From the NCBI GenBank assembly GCA_049521775.1, contig JBEKOL010000001.1:67514-131513 (forward strand): DNA of 64,000 bases. Direction: 5' to 3'. Below are positions 30,177 to 39,435 of the stretch, piece by piece. Origin of the DNA: Syntrophales bacterium. GTDB taxonomy: Bacteria; Desulfobacterota; Syntrophia; Syntrophales; UBA2185. A model generated the notes under the pieces. That model worked only from the letters and a program-made list of their open reading frames with translations. It was not told where the DNA came from and searched no databases. The position numbers and the translations under genes are program-made. Position 1 is the stretch's first letter. Every line of letters starts with the position of its first letter.

Positions 30177-30806
30177 TCAGCTAATGATGTACTTCCGAAA
30201 CCTTCTGTCGAAAGTCGCTGCCTTATCTTTTGACATATGATACTTTTTCAGGCCGAACTTGTAGTCACCTGTAGGGAGCATTCCGATCCTTTCGCAATAT
30301 TGCTCAGATCCGCCCAGTGCATAAAGGACAAATTCTCCATGCAAAGATAGAGAGAGGCTCGTCTTAATAGTGAAATAAACGAGGCCGGATCCTATTCGCC
30401 GCATTCTGCCGGCGGTGCCGTAATAATTCCAGGGAGCCGTGGCAAAAAAATCCAGGTACAGCCTGCGTTGATGCCTGAAAGACAGCAAACCGTCCAGCCG
30501 TGTGCCGGTATACGCTGCATAGCATTTGTCAATGAACACGGAACTCTGCGACATATTGATTATTCTATCCCATTCGAAACAGCGGTAGTTAAAATCTCTG
30601 TCCTTTTGACATATAACCTTGTCGTCCACGTATGGCTCCCATGTGAGACTGAAATCATGGATAGTATTTGAAGCAGCGCTGCTAATTTCTGTCTCGCACT
30701 CAATTTTTTCGACGCTGTCGTAAGAGCGAAATTTCACGTTAAGAGAATCCTTTTCAATTGCCCGCTGCCCGCCGTTTAAGCCTGCGGGGCCGGATATGAT
30801 ATTCAT
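30177..30806 (-). CDS. Hypothetical protein with GNAT-like C-terminal half
   Basis: 209-aa ORF. LDFFATAPWN...RRIGSGLVYFTIKTS...YCERIGM resembles a GNAT acyl-CoA-binding core. The N-terminal ~100 aa are unrecognisable. Confidence 0.5.
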   Translation of the reverse strand: MNIISGPAGLNGGQRAIEKDSLNVKFRSYDSVEKIECETEISSAASNTIHDFSLTWEPYVDDKVICQKDRDFNYRCFEWDRIINMSQSSVFIDKCYAAYTGTRLDGLLSFRHQRRLYLDFFATAPWNYYGTAGRMRRIGSGLVYFTIKTSLSLSLHGEFVLYALGGSEQYCERIGMLPTGDYKFGLKKYHMSKDKAATFDRRFRKYIIS

Positions 30807-31109
30807 AAATTTTCTAGCACAAGTCAGGCGATAAGAGAATAGGCGTTTTTATATTTCCGGTTATCCGGCGTCTGCACTTCTCAACACATAGAAATCATTT
30901 AATCCGTCAATCAGAAAAGGATTTGTGGATTCGACGCGCCTGAAATGACCTCTGTTCCTATATAGTTCCACTAGCATCAGAATACTATATATCTCTATGT
31001 GGCCAATGACTCATTGACACACGAGGCATTTCTTCTTATACTGTCTCCAAAGAACGAATTGCGCCGGATACCGCTCCCGTCGGGTGTTTTCAAAAGTTAC
31101 TGAGGTATC

Positions 31110-31211
31110 ATGAAGGACTTATTTAAGATAAGTTTCTGGAAGCAGGATGATTGGTTGGTAGGCAAGGAGATATCTTATAGGGATATAACAGCGAAAACAG
31201 GCGTAACATGA
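31110..31211 (+). CDS. Possible 33-aa leader or partner peptide
   Basis: My own reading: the ATG at 31110 follows TGAGGT, giving MKDLFKISFWKQDDWLVGKEISYRDITAKTGVT. Its TGA overlaps the ATG of the next ORF (ATGA at 31208-31211). Confidence 0.25.
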   Translation: MKDLFKISFWKQDDWLVGKEISYRDITAKTGVT

Positions 31212-31609
31212 AATGGAAAAGCGCAGATTTGCGCATATGCATTAATCTGATAAGCGCGATAATTCTGCTGGTTGGTCTGGGTACGGCAATATTCATTTAT
31301 CAGACAGCCGATAATGATTCGAGCGGCGCACTTGGTTATCAAATAATAGGCGGCACTGTTTATCCGATTATGCCGGAAAATACGAAGATCTATAAACATG
31401 ATCTGGAAGTCTACGGCGGAAAGGCAGCTGTGCTTGCGGACGACTTCCGGCGTTGGTTTGTCGGTTTGTGGCGCGGTAAATCACTCACATTCACGATAGC
31501 CGTGATTACTATTTTTGTATCCTTTGCCGGTTTTTTTACTGCTAGGCACCTGCCATCACGCTCAAACTCTGATGACGGCGCTGAAAACAATCGGGACGTA
31601 ATCAACTAA
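31208..31609 (+). CDS. Small two-TM membrane protein
   Basis: 133-aa ORF with two hydrophobic helices (ICINLISAIILLVGLGTAIFIY and LTFTIAVITIFVSFAGFF). Confidence 0.5.
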   Translation: MKWKSADLRICINLISAIILLVGLGTAIFIYQTADNDSSGALGYQIIGGTVYPIMPENTKIYKHDLEVYGGKAAVLADDFRRWFVGLWRGKSLTFTIAVITIFVSFAGFFTARHLPSRSNSDDGAENNRDVIN

Positions 31610-31659
31610 GTACATCATTTAATTATTAAGGTGACATATCGACCGAAGGGAGATATCTT
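31606..31659 (+). repeat. 54-bp repeat, copy A (inverted partner at 38976-39029)
   Basis: CTAAGTACATCATTTAATTATTAAGGTGACATATCGACCGAAGGGAGATATCTT matches the reverse complement of 38976-39029 at 50 of 54 positions. It overlaps the stop codon of ORF 31208-31609. Confidence 0.9.
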
Positions 31660-31763
31660 CACAAATGTTTTCCAAAGTCGACGAGAAAAATTATATAATA
31701 ACTGTAGTGGCCAGTGAAATGATCACTGTGACGCTGAAAAACTAAAAGAAGGAGATTACACCT

Positions 31764-32459
31764 ATGAAGACAAAATTGAGAAAAAGGGCCTTAATCATCA
31801 CACGAGAAATTGTAGCCGTTATTCTGGCTTCTATCATCATCATCCCGGCCATGGGACCGAATATCACCATGGCGCAGGAACAGAAATCGATTCAGCTTAC
31901 GAAGCCGCAAATTACCGGCAATCCTCTGATGGAGGTTCTGGCAAAGAGAAGCTCTTCCCGTGAATTCAGCTCGGAGACCTTGCCGGAGAATATTCTTTCA
32001 AATATGCTCTGGGCTGCTGCCGGAATCAGTCGTCCTGATTCAGGTAAGCGGACAGCGCCTTCTGCAATGAATAAACAGGAAATTGACGTTTATGTTGCTA
32101 CCTCCAGCGGTATTTACCTCTATGAAGCGAAATCACACTCGTTGAAAATGATCGTCGCAGGAGACATGCGAGGGCTGACTGGTAAGCAGGACTATGTCAA
32201 AGAGGCTGCAGTCAATCTTATATATGTGGCTGATAATTCCAGGATGAGTTCCGCTTCGGATCAGGTAAAAGAAATGTATGCGGCGGCGGACACGGGGTTC
32301 ATAAGCGAAAATGTGTATCTTTATTGCGCCTCCGCCGGGTTGGTAACAGTCGTGCGCGCATATATAGATAAACCGGTGCTCTCTAAGGCCATGAAGTTAA
32401 GAGCGGATCAGAAAATCATTCTGGCACAATCGGTCGGATATCCGAAGCGCGGTCGATAG
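31764..32459 (+). CDS. Nitroreductase-family (SagB-like) protein with N-terminal signal/anchor
   Basis: 231-aa ORF with a hydrophobic N-terminus. Nitroreductase-type blocks are RSSSREFS, LWAAAGISR and AILAQSVGYP. Confidence 0.7.
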   Translation: MKTKLRKRALIITREIVAVILASIIIIPAMGPNITMAQEQKSIQLTKPQITGNPLMEVLAKRSSSREFSSETLPENILSNMLWAAAGISRPDSGKRTAPSAMNKQEIDVYVATSSGIYLYEAKSHSLKMIVAGDMRGLTGKQDYVKEAAVNLIYVADNSRMSSASDQVKEMYAAADTGFISENVYLYCASAGLVTVVRAYIDKPVLSKAMKLRADQKIILAQSVGYPKRGR

Positions 32460-32590
32460 ACCGGTCTTGCTCCATACACGCGAGGGGACTTCTCATTAAG
32501 CTATGAAGTTGTCTTCGACAATCTTGAAGGAGCTTCTCTTTTTTCTGAAGGAAAAGAAATGAAACATTCCGATAAAAAGGAGGTGTCGCT

Positions 32591-33247
32591 ATGAATATAG
32601 AATGGTATGGTCATGCAGCTTTTAAAATAACAACTGAAAATGGGACAAGGATCATCATCGATCCTTATCAATCCGGATTTTCAGATGGCGCCTTATCCTA
32701 TCGTACTATAGACGACGAGGCCGACATCGTTATTACAAGCCACAATCACGGAGACCACAACTACACAAAAAGCATTCGGGGAAAATATGATTACGTTAAA
32801 AAAGAAGGGAGCTACGAGATCAAAGGCGTGAAGCTTCAGACGCTCCCAACCTTCCATGATACTGCCTTGGGGAAAGAAAGGGGAGATAATCTGCTCTCGC
32901 TTATTACAGCTGATGGAATAACGCTGTTGCACCTGGGAGATCTCGGGCATGACCTTGACCCGGAGACGTTGAGTAAAATTGGCAAGGTGGACGTACTGCT
33001 TTTGCCCGTGGGGGGTTTTTACACGATTGATGCACAGGCAGCCACAAAGGTCATGAATAACATCAGACCATCTATCACCATACCCATGCACTACAAGACA
33101 GAGAAATGCGGCTTTCCGATTACTACTGTTGCTGAATTTACGCGGGGCAAAAAGAACGTTCAGGTTCTGCCGAAATCGGAAATGAAGATCACGGTGGAGA
33201 CCCTGCCTAAAGAACCGGAGATCATTGTCCTGCGGCATGCGCTATGA
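32591..33247 (+). CDS. MBL-fold metal-dependent hydrolase (UPF0173-like)
   Basis: MNIEWYGHAAFKI...IIIDPY, HNHGDHNY, and a later LHLGDLGH motif. Confidence 0.8.
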   Translation: MNIEWYGHAAFKITTENGTRIIIDPYQSGFSDGALSYRTIDDEADIVITSHNHGDHNYTKSIRGKYDYVKKEGSYEIKGVKLQTLPTFHDTALGKERGDNLLSLITADGITLLHLGDLGHDLDPETLSKIGKVDVLLLPVGGFYTIDAQAATKVMNNIRPSITIPMHYKTEKCGFPITTVAEFTRGKKNVQVLPKSEMKITVETLPKEPEIIVLRHAL

Positions 33248-33818
33248 ATAGGGTTCGTGTTCCCGGTTACGCGTATAGCGGCGGAGCTCGCGTCACGATG
33301 GTATTATCCCGGAGGCAGGTCAGGTATATATTTCAAAAAGTGTTAATCTTTGGGATAACCAGATGGAAATAGTCTGGATTGCAGATTATTGAGTTCTCTT
33401 CATAAATAAACTCTTTCTTAATCTAGTATATTATTTTTTCTTTTTTGGGGGAAAGGGAAGAGTTGTATTAGCCGGGGGTCATTCCTAAGATAAAGAGGAT
33501 GGGGAATCTCGTTAATCTGTTAATCTTTAACAGAAAAGATTATTCTTATTCCCTATTCTGGGAACATGGGCTCCATGCAAAGGGCTTTATTCAAAGAAAT
33601 GAACAAACCAGTCATGCAAACAGGACTTAAGGGGATAGCAGAGAAAGCTCGGAGAGGAAGGAAACCGAATTGTTTCCATTGAGATGTCCGAGGTTGTACA
33701 TACCTTTTGCAAGGATGCAATTCCTCGCCGTACTGTGAATAAACTGTTGAAGATGCTCGTGCGGGAAATCTGCAGGCCGACTTCTGAGAGGGCTGCGCAC
33801 TGTAAGGTGTGCGGCTAC

Positions 33819-34367
33819 TCAACCTGGGGGAGAAAAACCCCCGGATACCCGATGAGGCAACTCCCACTCAGGTTTGGTTATGGCATATATATTATGATCA
33901 ACATAATGGTCATATAGCCACTCAGCATCCTTGATTGTTCCTTCAAATCGCATGCCTAACCGCGTGGCAACAGCGCAGCTTTTCGCATTGCCTGTTGCAG
34001 CCCGGATTTCAATTCGATGCATGCCCATAGAGCCAAACGCTATTTCTATAAGCTCAACCACAGCGCAAGTTAGAATACCCTTGCCTTCCGCATCGATATC
34101 AATCCAGTACTTGACACCGGCAGATTTATTGCCATGATTTATCCAGTCGAACACGACAAGACCAACGATCTGACTGTCCGCAATGATTACGTTATCAAAA
34201 CGGGTTCCCGCTACGTGTCCAATCAATGCTTTGGTGATGAGCAACCTGACATCAGCGGCCGTCTTGGTGGAATCCAACCAAGGAAACCATTCTCGGAGTC
34301 GCAATCGGTTCTCTTCTACCAAGCGAAATATTTCCTCTGCATCATATAGATTCGTGAGTCTTATCAT
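33819..34367 (-). CDS. GNAT N-acetyltransferase (RimJ/RimL-like)
   Basis: 182-aa ORF. The core IGLVVFDWINHGNKSAGVKYWIDIDAEGKGI...MHRIEIRAATGNAKSCAVATRLGMRFEG is typical of RimJ/L-type GNATs. The last ~12 codons run into unrelated sequence containing a GGGGG/CCCCC hairpin. Confidence 0.8.
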   Translation of the reverse strand: MIRLTNLYDAEEIFRLVEENRLRLREWFPWLDSTKTAADVRLLITKALIGHVAGTRFDNVIIADSQIVGLVVFDWINHGNKSAGVKYWIDIDAEGKGILTCAVVELIEIAFGSMGMHRIEIRAATGNAKSCAVATRLGMRFEGTIKDAEWLYDHYVDHNIYAITKPEWELPHRVSGGFSPPG

Positions 34368-34609
34368 AATGTAGTCCTTCGTTCTTCTGCCTAACGTTTG
34401 ATATATTAATCTGGTATTCTAAAAAAATTTCTACAAATATAATTGATAACCTCGTAAAAAGCCGGCAACCGTGCATTTTTCGAAAATAGGTATTAATAAA
34501 ATCAGTATGTTGCAAGACTAATTTTCGCAAATTTTGACTTTTTAGGACTTCCTCACACTCTATTTTTCAAAAAATTAAAATCTAAATATTTATCTCCCCT
34601 GTACTCTCC

Positions 34610-36088
34610 TCACCAACGGGAGGACGCGGCAGATATGACGCTTTCGGTGAAACGACCCAATTCTTCCGCCACTTGCAGAATGACCGGTTGCCACTGACCT
34701 TTTTGCGCTTGCCGGAACAAACGCATGGTTGGATACCAGGGCGTATCCGGACGATCCATAAGCCACCGCCAGTCCGGTGAATAAGCGATTAAGGTCCAGG
34801 TCGGTTTCGCCAGTGCGCCGGCAAGATGGGCAACGGCGGTGTCAACGGCGATGATCAAATCCATCGCCGCAATTGCCGACGCCGTGTCCAGAAAATCCTT
34901 TAAACGTCCGCTCATATCCAATAGTTTGCCCAAAGATCGAAAGCACACTTCATCGCGAGCGGGTACCGGCACTTGCAGGCTGTAGAACGTGGCATCGGGC
35001 GTTTGGAGAAGCAACGCGAGTTCTTCCAAGCGAATCGAACGCGCCACATCATTTTGATGTAACGGATTGCCCGCCCAAGCCAGCCCCACTTTTAAATGTC
35101 CGGCCGGAGCCGGCGGCAAATGTTCGCAGGTGGCTACTTTCAAATACGGCGTCTCATTGGGAATCGTCTGCATTGTGGTGCCCAGAATGCCGGGCAAACT
35201 GAACAACGAAGTAAAACAATCGAATGGTGGAATCTCTTCGCCGTAAGCGATGACGACATCGGCACAACCGGAGCTGGAGAACAATGTCTTCAGTTCTGGC
35301 CGGCATTCGAGGATGATATTCGCTGCGCGTTCACGTACCTGCCGGACAAATCGCACGGTTTGAATCGCATCGCCAAATCCCTGCTCCGCATGTAGGAATA
35401 ATGTTTTGCCGGGAATAGGTTCGCCATTCCAGGCCGGCTGGGAAAACTGGCGGGGCGTGCGGCCGTGGTTGCGCCATTTATTATGTTCGCGAAATCCCTC
35501 CTGCAATCGGCCCGCCGTCAGCAGGGAAATGGCGCGGCCATAACCTGCCTGAAAACAATTAGGATCGACCGCCAATGCCCGATCATACGCTGCGATGGAT
35601 TCCTCCAACCGGTGTAAATCCTTAAGACATTTTGCGAGATTATGCCAGTTTGCCGCATACTGTGGATTCAACTCCACCGCCTTTTGAAAAAGTGAAATCG
35701 CCTGTTCCACATCACCTAGTTTGTAACAGGCATAGCCCATGCTGTAAAAAGTGCCGGCGGCCTGCAGTCCCAGTTCGATCGCCTTCGCATGATTTTCCAC
35801 AGCGCGCGAATAATCCTGCAGGCTTTGATGAACAAAACCGAGTCCGTTAAAAATAGGGGCCGACTGCGGCTGAAGCTTCGCCGCTTGTTCTAAATATTTC
35901 AGGGCTTCCTGGCTCCGACCCGTTTGTTGCAAAACCATTCCTAGCAGGAACAGCAACTGGCCATCGTGTGGATTGATCTTTATTAAAAGGCGGGATATCG
36001 TCTCTGCCTCTTGATGGCGTCCGGCGTTATGCAGTTCAAACGCCACCTTCGAAATCTGCTGGAAAGAATTCATATTTGACACCTGCAC
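34610..36088 (-). CDS. TPR-repeat protein fused to a GT9 (heptosyltransferase-like) glycosyltransferase domain
   Basis: The N-terminal ~200 aa are TPR repeats. The C-terminal part has GT9-like blocks (VGLAWAGNP, DLIIAVDTAVAHLAGALAKPTW). Confidence 0.75.
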   Translation of the reverse strand: MQVSNMNSFQQISKVAFELHNAGRHQEAETISRLLIKINPHDGQLLFLLGMVLQQTGRSQEALKYLEQAAKLQPQSAPIFNGLGFVHQSLQDYSRAVENHAKAIELGLQAAGTFYSMGYACYKLGDVEQAISLFQKAVELNPQYAANWHNLAKCLKDLHRLEESIAAYDRALAVDPNCFQAGYGRAISLLTAGRLQEGFREHNKWRNHGRTPRQFSQPAWNGEPIPGKTLFLHAEQGFGDAIQTVRFVRQVRERAANIILECRPELKTLFSSSGCADVVIAYGEEIPPFDCFTSLFSLPGILGTTMQTIPNETPYLKVATCEHLPPAPAGHLKVGLAWAGNPLHQNDVARSIRLEELALLLQTPDATFYSLQVPVPARDEVCFRSLGKLLDMSGRLKDFLDTASAIAAMDLIIAVDTAVAHLAGALAKPTWTLIAYSPDWRWLMDRPDTPWYPTMRLFRQAQKGQWQPVILQVAEELGRFTESVISAASSRW

Positions 36089-36822
36089 ATTGGCATTGTC
36101 CGTTAGTTCTGATACGCGGCGACGTAGCCAGTGCGCAGCTAGATTGTCAATGAAAATTACGCACCGCTATGCGCCAAGAAACGGCCGCTGCTTTAGCGGC
36201 AATTTGGCCTTGTAGCAGCAAAGCTGTAACGAGAGGCAAAATCGCAAAATAACATCAGTGCCTTATTTTCTCAAATTCACACAGGGCTGCTGGAGGCTTG
36301 ACAATCACGATCCGTGAATTCACTCCGGGCAATGCCTATAATTTCATAATGGCGGCTATTCTCTATAGCCACTGACAGGCAAACATTCTCAGCAATTTTT
36401 TCCCATCATCTGCCTAAATTAGAACATTATTGCCTATTCAATAGTTCCTTTCAGGCTCACCAAGGAAACGTGCATTTCCCATACCAAATGAAAAAGGAAA
36501 CATCTCCGGGTACAAAATCATTTTTGGCTCTGTAACGATCCCCGGATAAATATGGCATGAGAAGACAAAAACCAGAACTCAAGGAAGGTGAATATAGGAG
36601 ATGGACGAAGTGCTTGTTCGGTGCATCGTTCTATCCGTAATCAATAGAGTGGAGTAATGATCGGACTTGCTTGTTTATAGGTACAGTCTGCGATTCCGCC
36701 GAATGGGCGATCTTGAAAAAGCAGCAATTGGATTTTTGTTTAGTCCTTCCTTTTATGTTGTCTTTCTATTTCAAACTATCTATTCAACATTCCAACCCGC
36801 AATTACCAAACGATACCATAAT

Positions 36823-36858
36823 AAAAAAGGCAGAGCCATTTCTGGAACTGCCTTTTTG
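36823..36858 (-). terminator. Rho-independent terminator of the RRM gene
   Basis: GGCAG at 36829-36833 pairs with CTGCC at 36848-36852, flanked by A-run and T-run. Read on the minus strand, the hairpin is followed by TTTTTT. Confidence 0.6.
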
Positions 36859-36904
36859 GTGATGAGATTAAGAGATGCCTTGAAGCAAATTATCTTCACT
36901 CTCC

Positions 36905-37234
36905 TTAGTATCTGCGACCGCCGCCGTTGTTTCCTCCTCTAAATCCTCCGCTTCGACCGGAATCTCGTCTGTGGCCTCCCTGCTCTCGTCTGGGTTTGGC
37001 CTCGTTAACGACAATTGTATTTCCGTCAAGCTTTCCACCGTTGAACATTTCGATGGCTTGACGCGCACCTTCTTCGGTCTCCATTTCTACGAATCCGAAT
37101 CCCTTGGATTGTTTTGTATAATTGTCTTTGATAACAGTCACTGTGGCTACTTTTCCCGCTGTAGCGAAATTCTCCTTTAAGACATCTTCGGTAGCGTTTA
37201 CTGTGAGATTGCCTACATATAAATTCTTATTCAT
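36905..37234 (-). CDS. RRM-type RNA-binding protein with Gly/Arg-rich tail
   Basis: The ATG at 37234 gives MNKNLYVGNL (RNP2). KGFGFVEM is RNP1. The tail is RSGGFRGGNNGGGRRY. Confidence 0.85.
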   Translation of the reverse strand: MNKNLYVGNLTVNATEDVLKENFATAGKVATVTVIKDNYTKQSKGFGFVEMETEEGARQAIEMFNGGKLDGNTIVVNEAKPRREQGGHRRDSGRSGGFRGGNNGGGRRY

Positions 37235-37315
37235 TTTACTTTTCCTCTCATTTAAATTGTTAATCGATCTTATAAACCCCACGTCAACGATCATCGGTAC
37301 GCAGGATTATTGGTA

Positions 37316-37355
37316 AAAACAAAAAGGCACTCACACTATTTTATACTGAGTGCCT
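37316..37355 (-). terminator. Rho-independent terminator of the cold-shock gene
   Basis: A perfect 9-bp stem (AGGCACTCA at 37325-37333 with TGAGTGCCT at 37347-37355). A T-run follows on the minus strand. Confidence 0.7.
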
Positions 37356-37375
37356 CTTGCTTACTTCTTGTGAAT

Positions 37376-37576
37376 TTATAATGCTTTCACATTTTCTGCT
37401 GCGGGGCCTTTCTTGCCCTCAGCAACATCAAAGCTGACTCGCTGACCTTCAGACAACGTCTTGAAGCCCTCGCCTTGTATGGCGCTGTGATGAACAAACA
37501 AATCGCCGCCTTCATCATTTTCGATGAAACCAAAGCCTTTATGTTCATTAAACCACTTTACTTTACCTTCTGACAT
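37376..37576 (-). CDS. Cold-shock protein (CspA family)
   Basis: [33 protein letters not shown] contains the RNP1 and RNP2 motifs. The ATG at 37576 is preferred. Confidence 0.9.
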   Translation of the reverse strand: MSEGKVKWFNEHKGFGFIENDEGGDLFVHHSAIQGEGFKTLSEGQRVSFDVAEGKKGPAAENVKAL

Positions 37577-37883
37577 AGCTGTAATCCTCCTTTCCAAAAA
37601 ATTCTCTTAAGCCGGATTCTCACTATGACAGAAAGGAAAAAACCACCGATACTCTAAAAAGTATGGTGGCCATCCTTTGCAATTCAAAATGTCTTAATCC
37701 AAACTTACTTAGTGAAAGTAGTATATGGAGTCTTTTATCAGAAGTCAAGGATTAATCTTTTATTTTTTCAATAAGGTGTTTTATCTTTCGGGTCGTTTCA
37801 TACGAACAACAACATGTCTTGTGATTTGTGAACGGTTAATGTATAAGAAAAAAGATCTACTTTTAAAGTAAGGGTACAAGCCG

Positions 37884-38693
37884 ATGAAATATGCCTCCTT
37901 GCGGATTAACCTGATCTCAATTCTGATTGCCTTGTTTATTTCTCTCCCATGTCTGGCAGCCGATGAACAGGTCTTCACGAGCCCCACCACCGGAGCGAAG
38001 TTTGTCCTCATCCCTGCGGGAACCTTCAAGAGGGGGTCACCTGTCGATGAACCAGATCGGTCGAGTAATGAGGAGCAGTACAAAGTAAAGATCAGCAACC
38101 CATTTTACATGCAGACCACGGAGGTCACCCAGGGACAATGGCAAAAGGTAATGGGGAACAATCCTTCTGAGTTTAAGAGCTGCGGTGATGATTGTCCTGT
38201 AGAGCAGGTATCCTGGAACGATGCCCAGGAGTTTATCCGGAAGCTCAACAAGATGGAGGGAACAGACAAATACAGGCTTCCCACGGAGGCGGAATGGGAG
38301 TATGCAGCACGGGCCGGGACAACGACACCCTTCTATACGGGGAAGTGTCTTTCCACGGATCAGGCGAACTATAATGGCAACTTCCCATTGTCCGGCTGTC
38401 CCAAAGGAGAATACAGGGATAAGACGGTGCGTGTTGGAAGTTTTGCCCCCAACGCGTGGGGTCTCTACGACATGTACGGTAACGTATGGGAATGGTGCCA
38501 GGATTGGTTCGGCGATTATTCTTGGAGGAGCCGCCTGTCCGATCCTTCCGGCCCTTCGTCCGGTACGTACCGGGTAATGCGTGGCGGTTGCTGGAGCGAC
38601 GGCGCCAAGTATAGCCGTTCAGCGCATCGTCTATACTACAACCCGGCCGGCATGACCCGCTACATCGGATTCCGCCTTGCAAGGACGCCTTAG
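37884..38693 (+). CDS. Formylglycine-generating-enzyme (SUMF1/FGE) family protein, secreted
   Basis: Signal peptide ending LPCLAADE. FGE-domain blocks are VSWNDAQEF, RLPTEAEWEYAARAG, GNVWEW and RVMRGGCW. Confidence 0.85.
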   Translation: MKYASLRINLISILIALFISLPCLAADEQVFTSPTTGAKFVLIPAGTFKRGSPVDEPDRSSNEEQYKVKISNPFYMQTTEVTQGQWQKVMGNNPSEFKSCGDDCPVEQVSWNDAQEFIRKLNKMEGTDKYRLPTEAEWEYAARAGTTTPFYTGKCLSTDQANYNGNFPLSGCPKGEYRDKTVRVGSFAPNAWGLYDMYGNVWEWCQDWFGDYSWRSRLSDPSGPSSGTYRVMRGGCWSDGAKYSRSAHRLYYNPAGMTRYIGFRLARTP

Positions 38694-38975
38694 ATTTTTT
38701 TTATTCTTCCGCACAGTAAGCGTTAAAATTCAGGCAATAAAAAAGGCAACGCCTCTTCTAACCCTGCCTTACATGTTATGGGAAATTTTTTATCCCTCTG
38801 CCGCGAAAGCCTTCCCGGCCTGCCTCATGGAGATATTGACCTCTTCTTTATCAAAACGATTCGGTTACGTATTTTATGCCTCATTTCGGGAATTTCCATG
38901 TACTATTGTCATTTCAAGCCCTTCGGTTTACTCAGGGTAAACTCCGCGAGAAGTCTTAGTAGGGGATAAAACCAA

Positions 38976-39029
38976 AAGATATCTCCCTTCGGTCGATATG
39001 ACACCTTAGTAATGAAATGATGTACTAAG
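38976..39029 (-). repeat. 54-bp repeat, copy B (inverted partner of 31606-31659)
   Basis: The reverse complement reads CTTAGTACATCATTTCATTACTAAGGTGTCATATCGACCGAAGGGAGATATCTT, which has 4 mismatches to copy A. It is intergenic. Confidence 0.9.
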
Positions 39030-39435
39030 CGTGTGAAAGGCAAGAAACACGGAGAAACAAAAAGTTGAACCGGAGGGAGAATGAAAAATCGACAAATCGT
39101 GAAGAGGATCTCAAGGAAATAAAAGATATATATCGGCAGAGAATCCGCCTTTATCTGGAAAGGTTCGTCGAGAAGGTGGCCTGAAGATGTACCCGATATT
39201 TCTATCAGAAATAAGCTGAAAAGTTGCACCTCCGGCAAATGAGAATAGCAGAGCACGATGGAATAAAATGTCATGAGTTTCTCTCTAAATGTGGCAAAAG
39301 TAATCAGTATGGGTTATATGATTAAAATGTGGGTAGCGCCTCGACTAAGCCATGCCGATAATTGCCGATGATTTCTTGAGAAAGACATTGAATAAAATTG
39401 CAGATCGGAAATGAGCCGGAAGGTAGGATACAATT

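Noticed and set aside
39352-39359. Second GCCGATAA octamer as a sigma-28 -10 element upstream of ORF 39436
   Set aside because: No TAAA-type -35 occurs at 15-16 nt. The nearest TAAA is 27 nt upstream, so it is probably a chance match.
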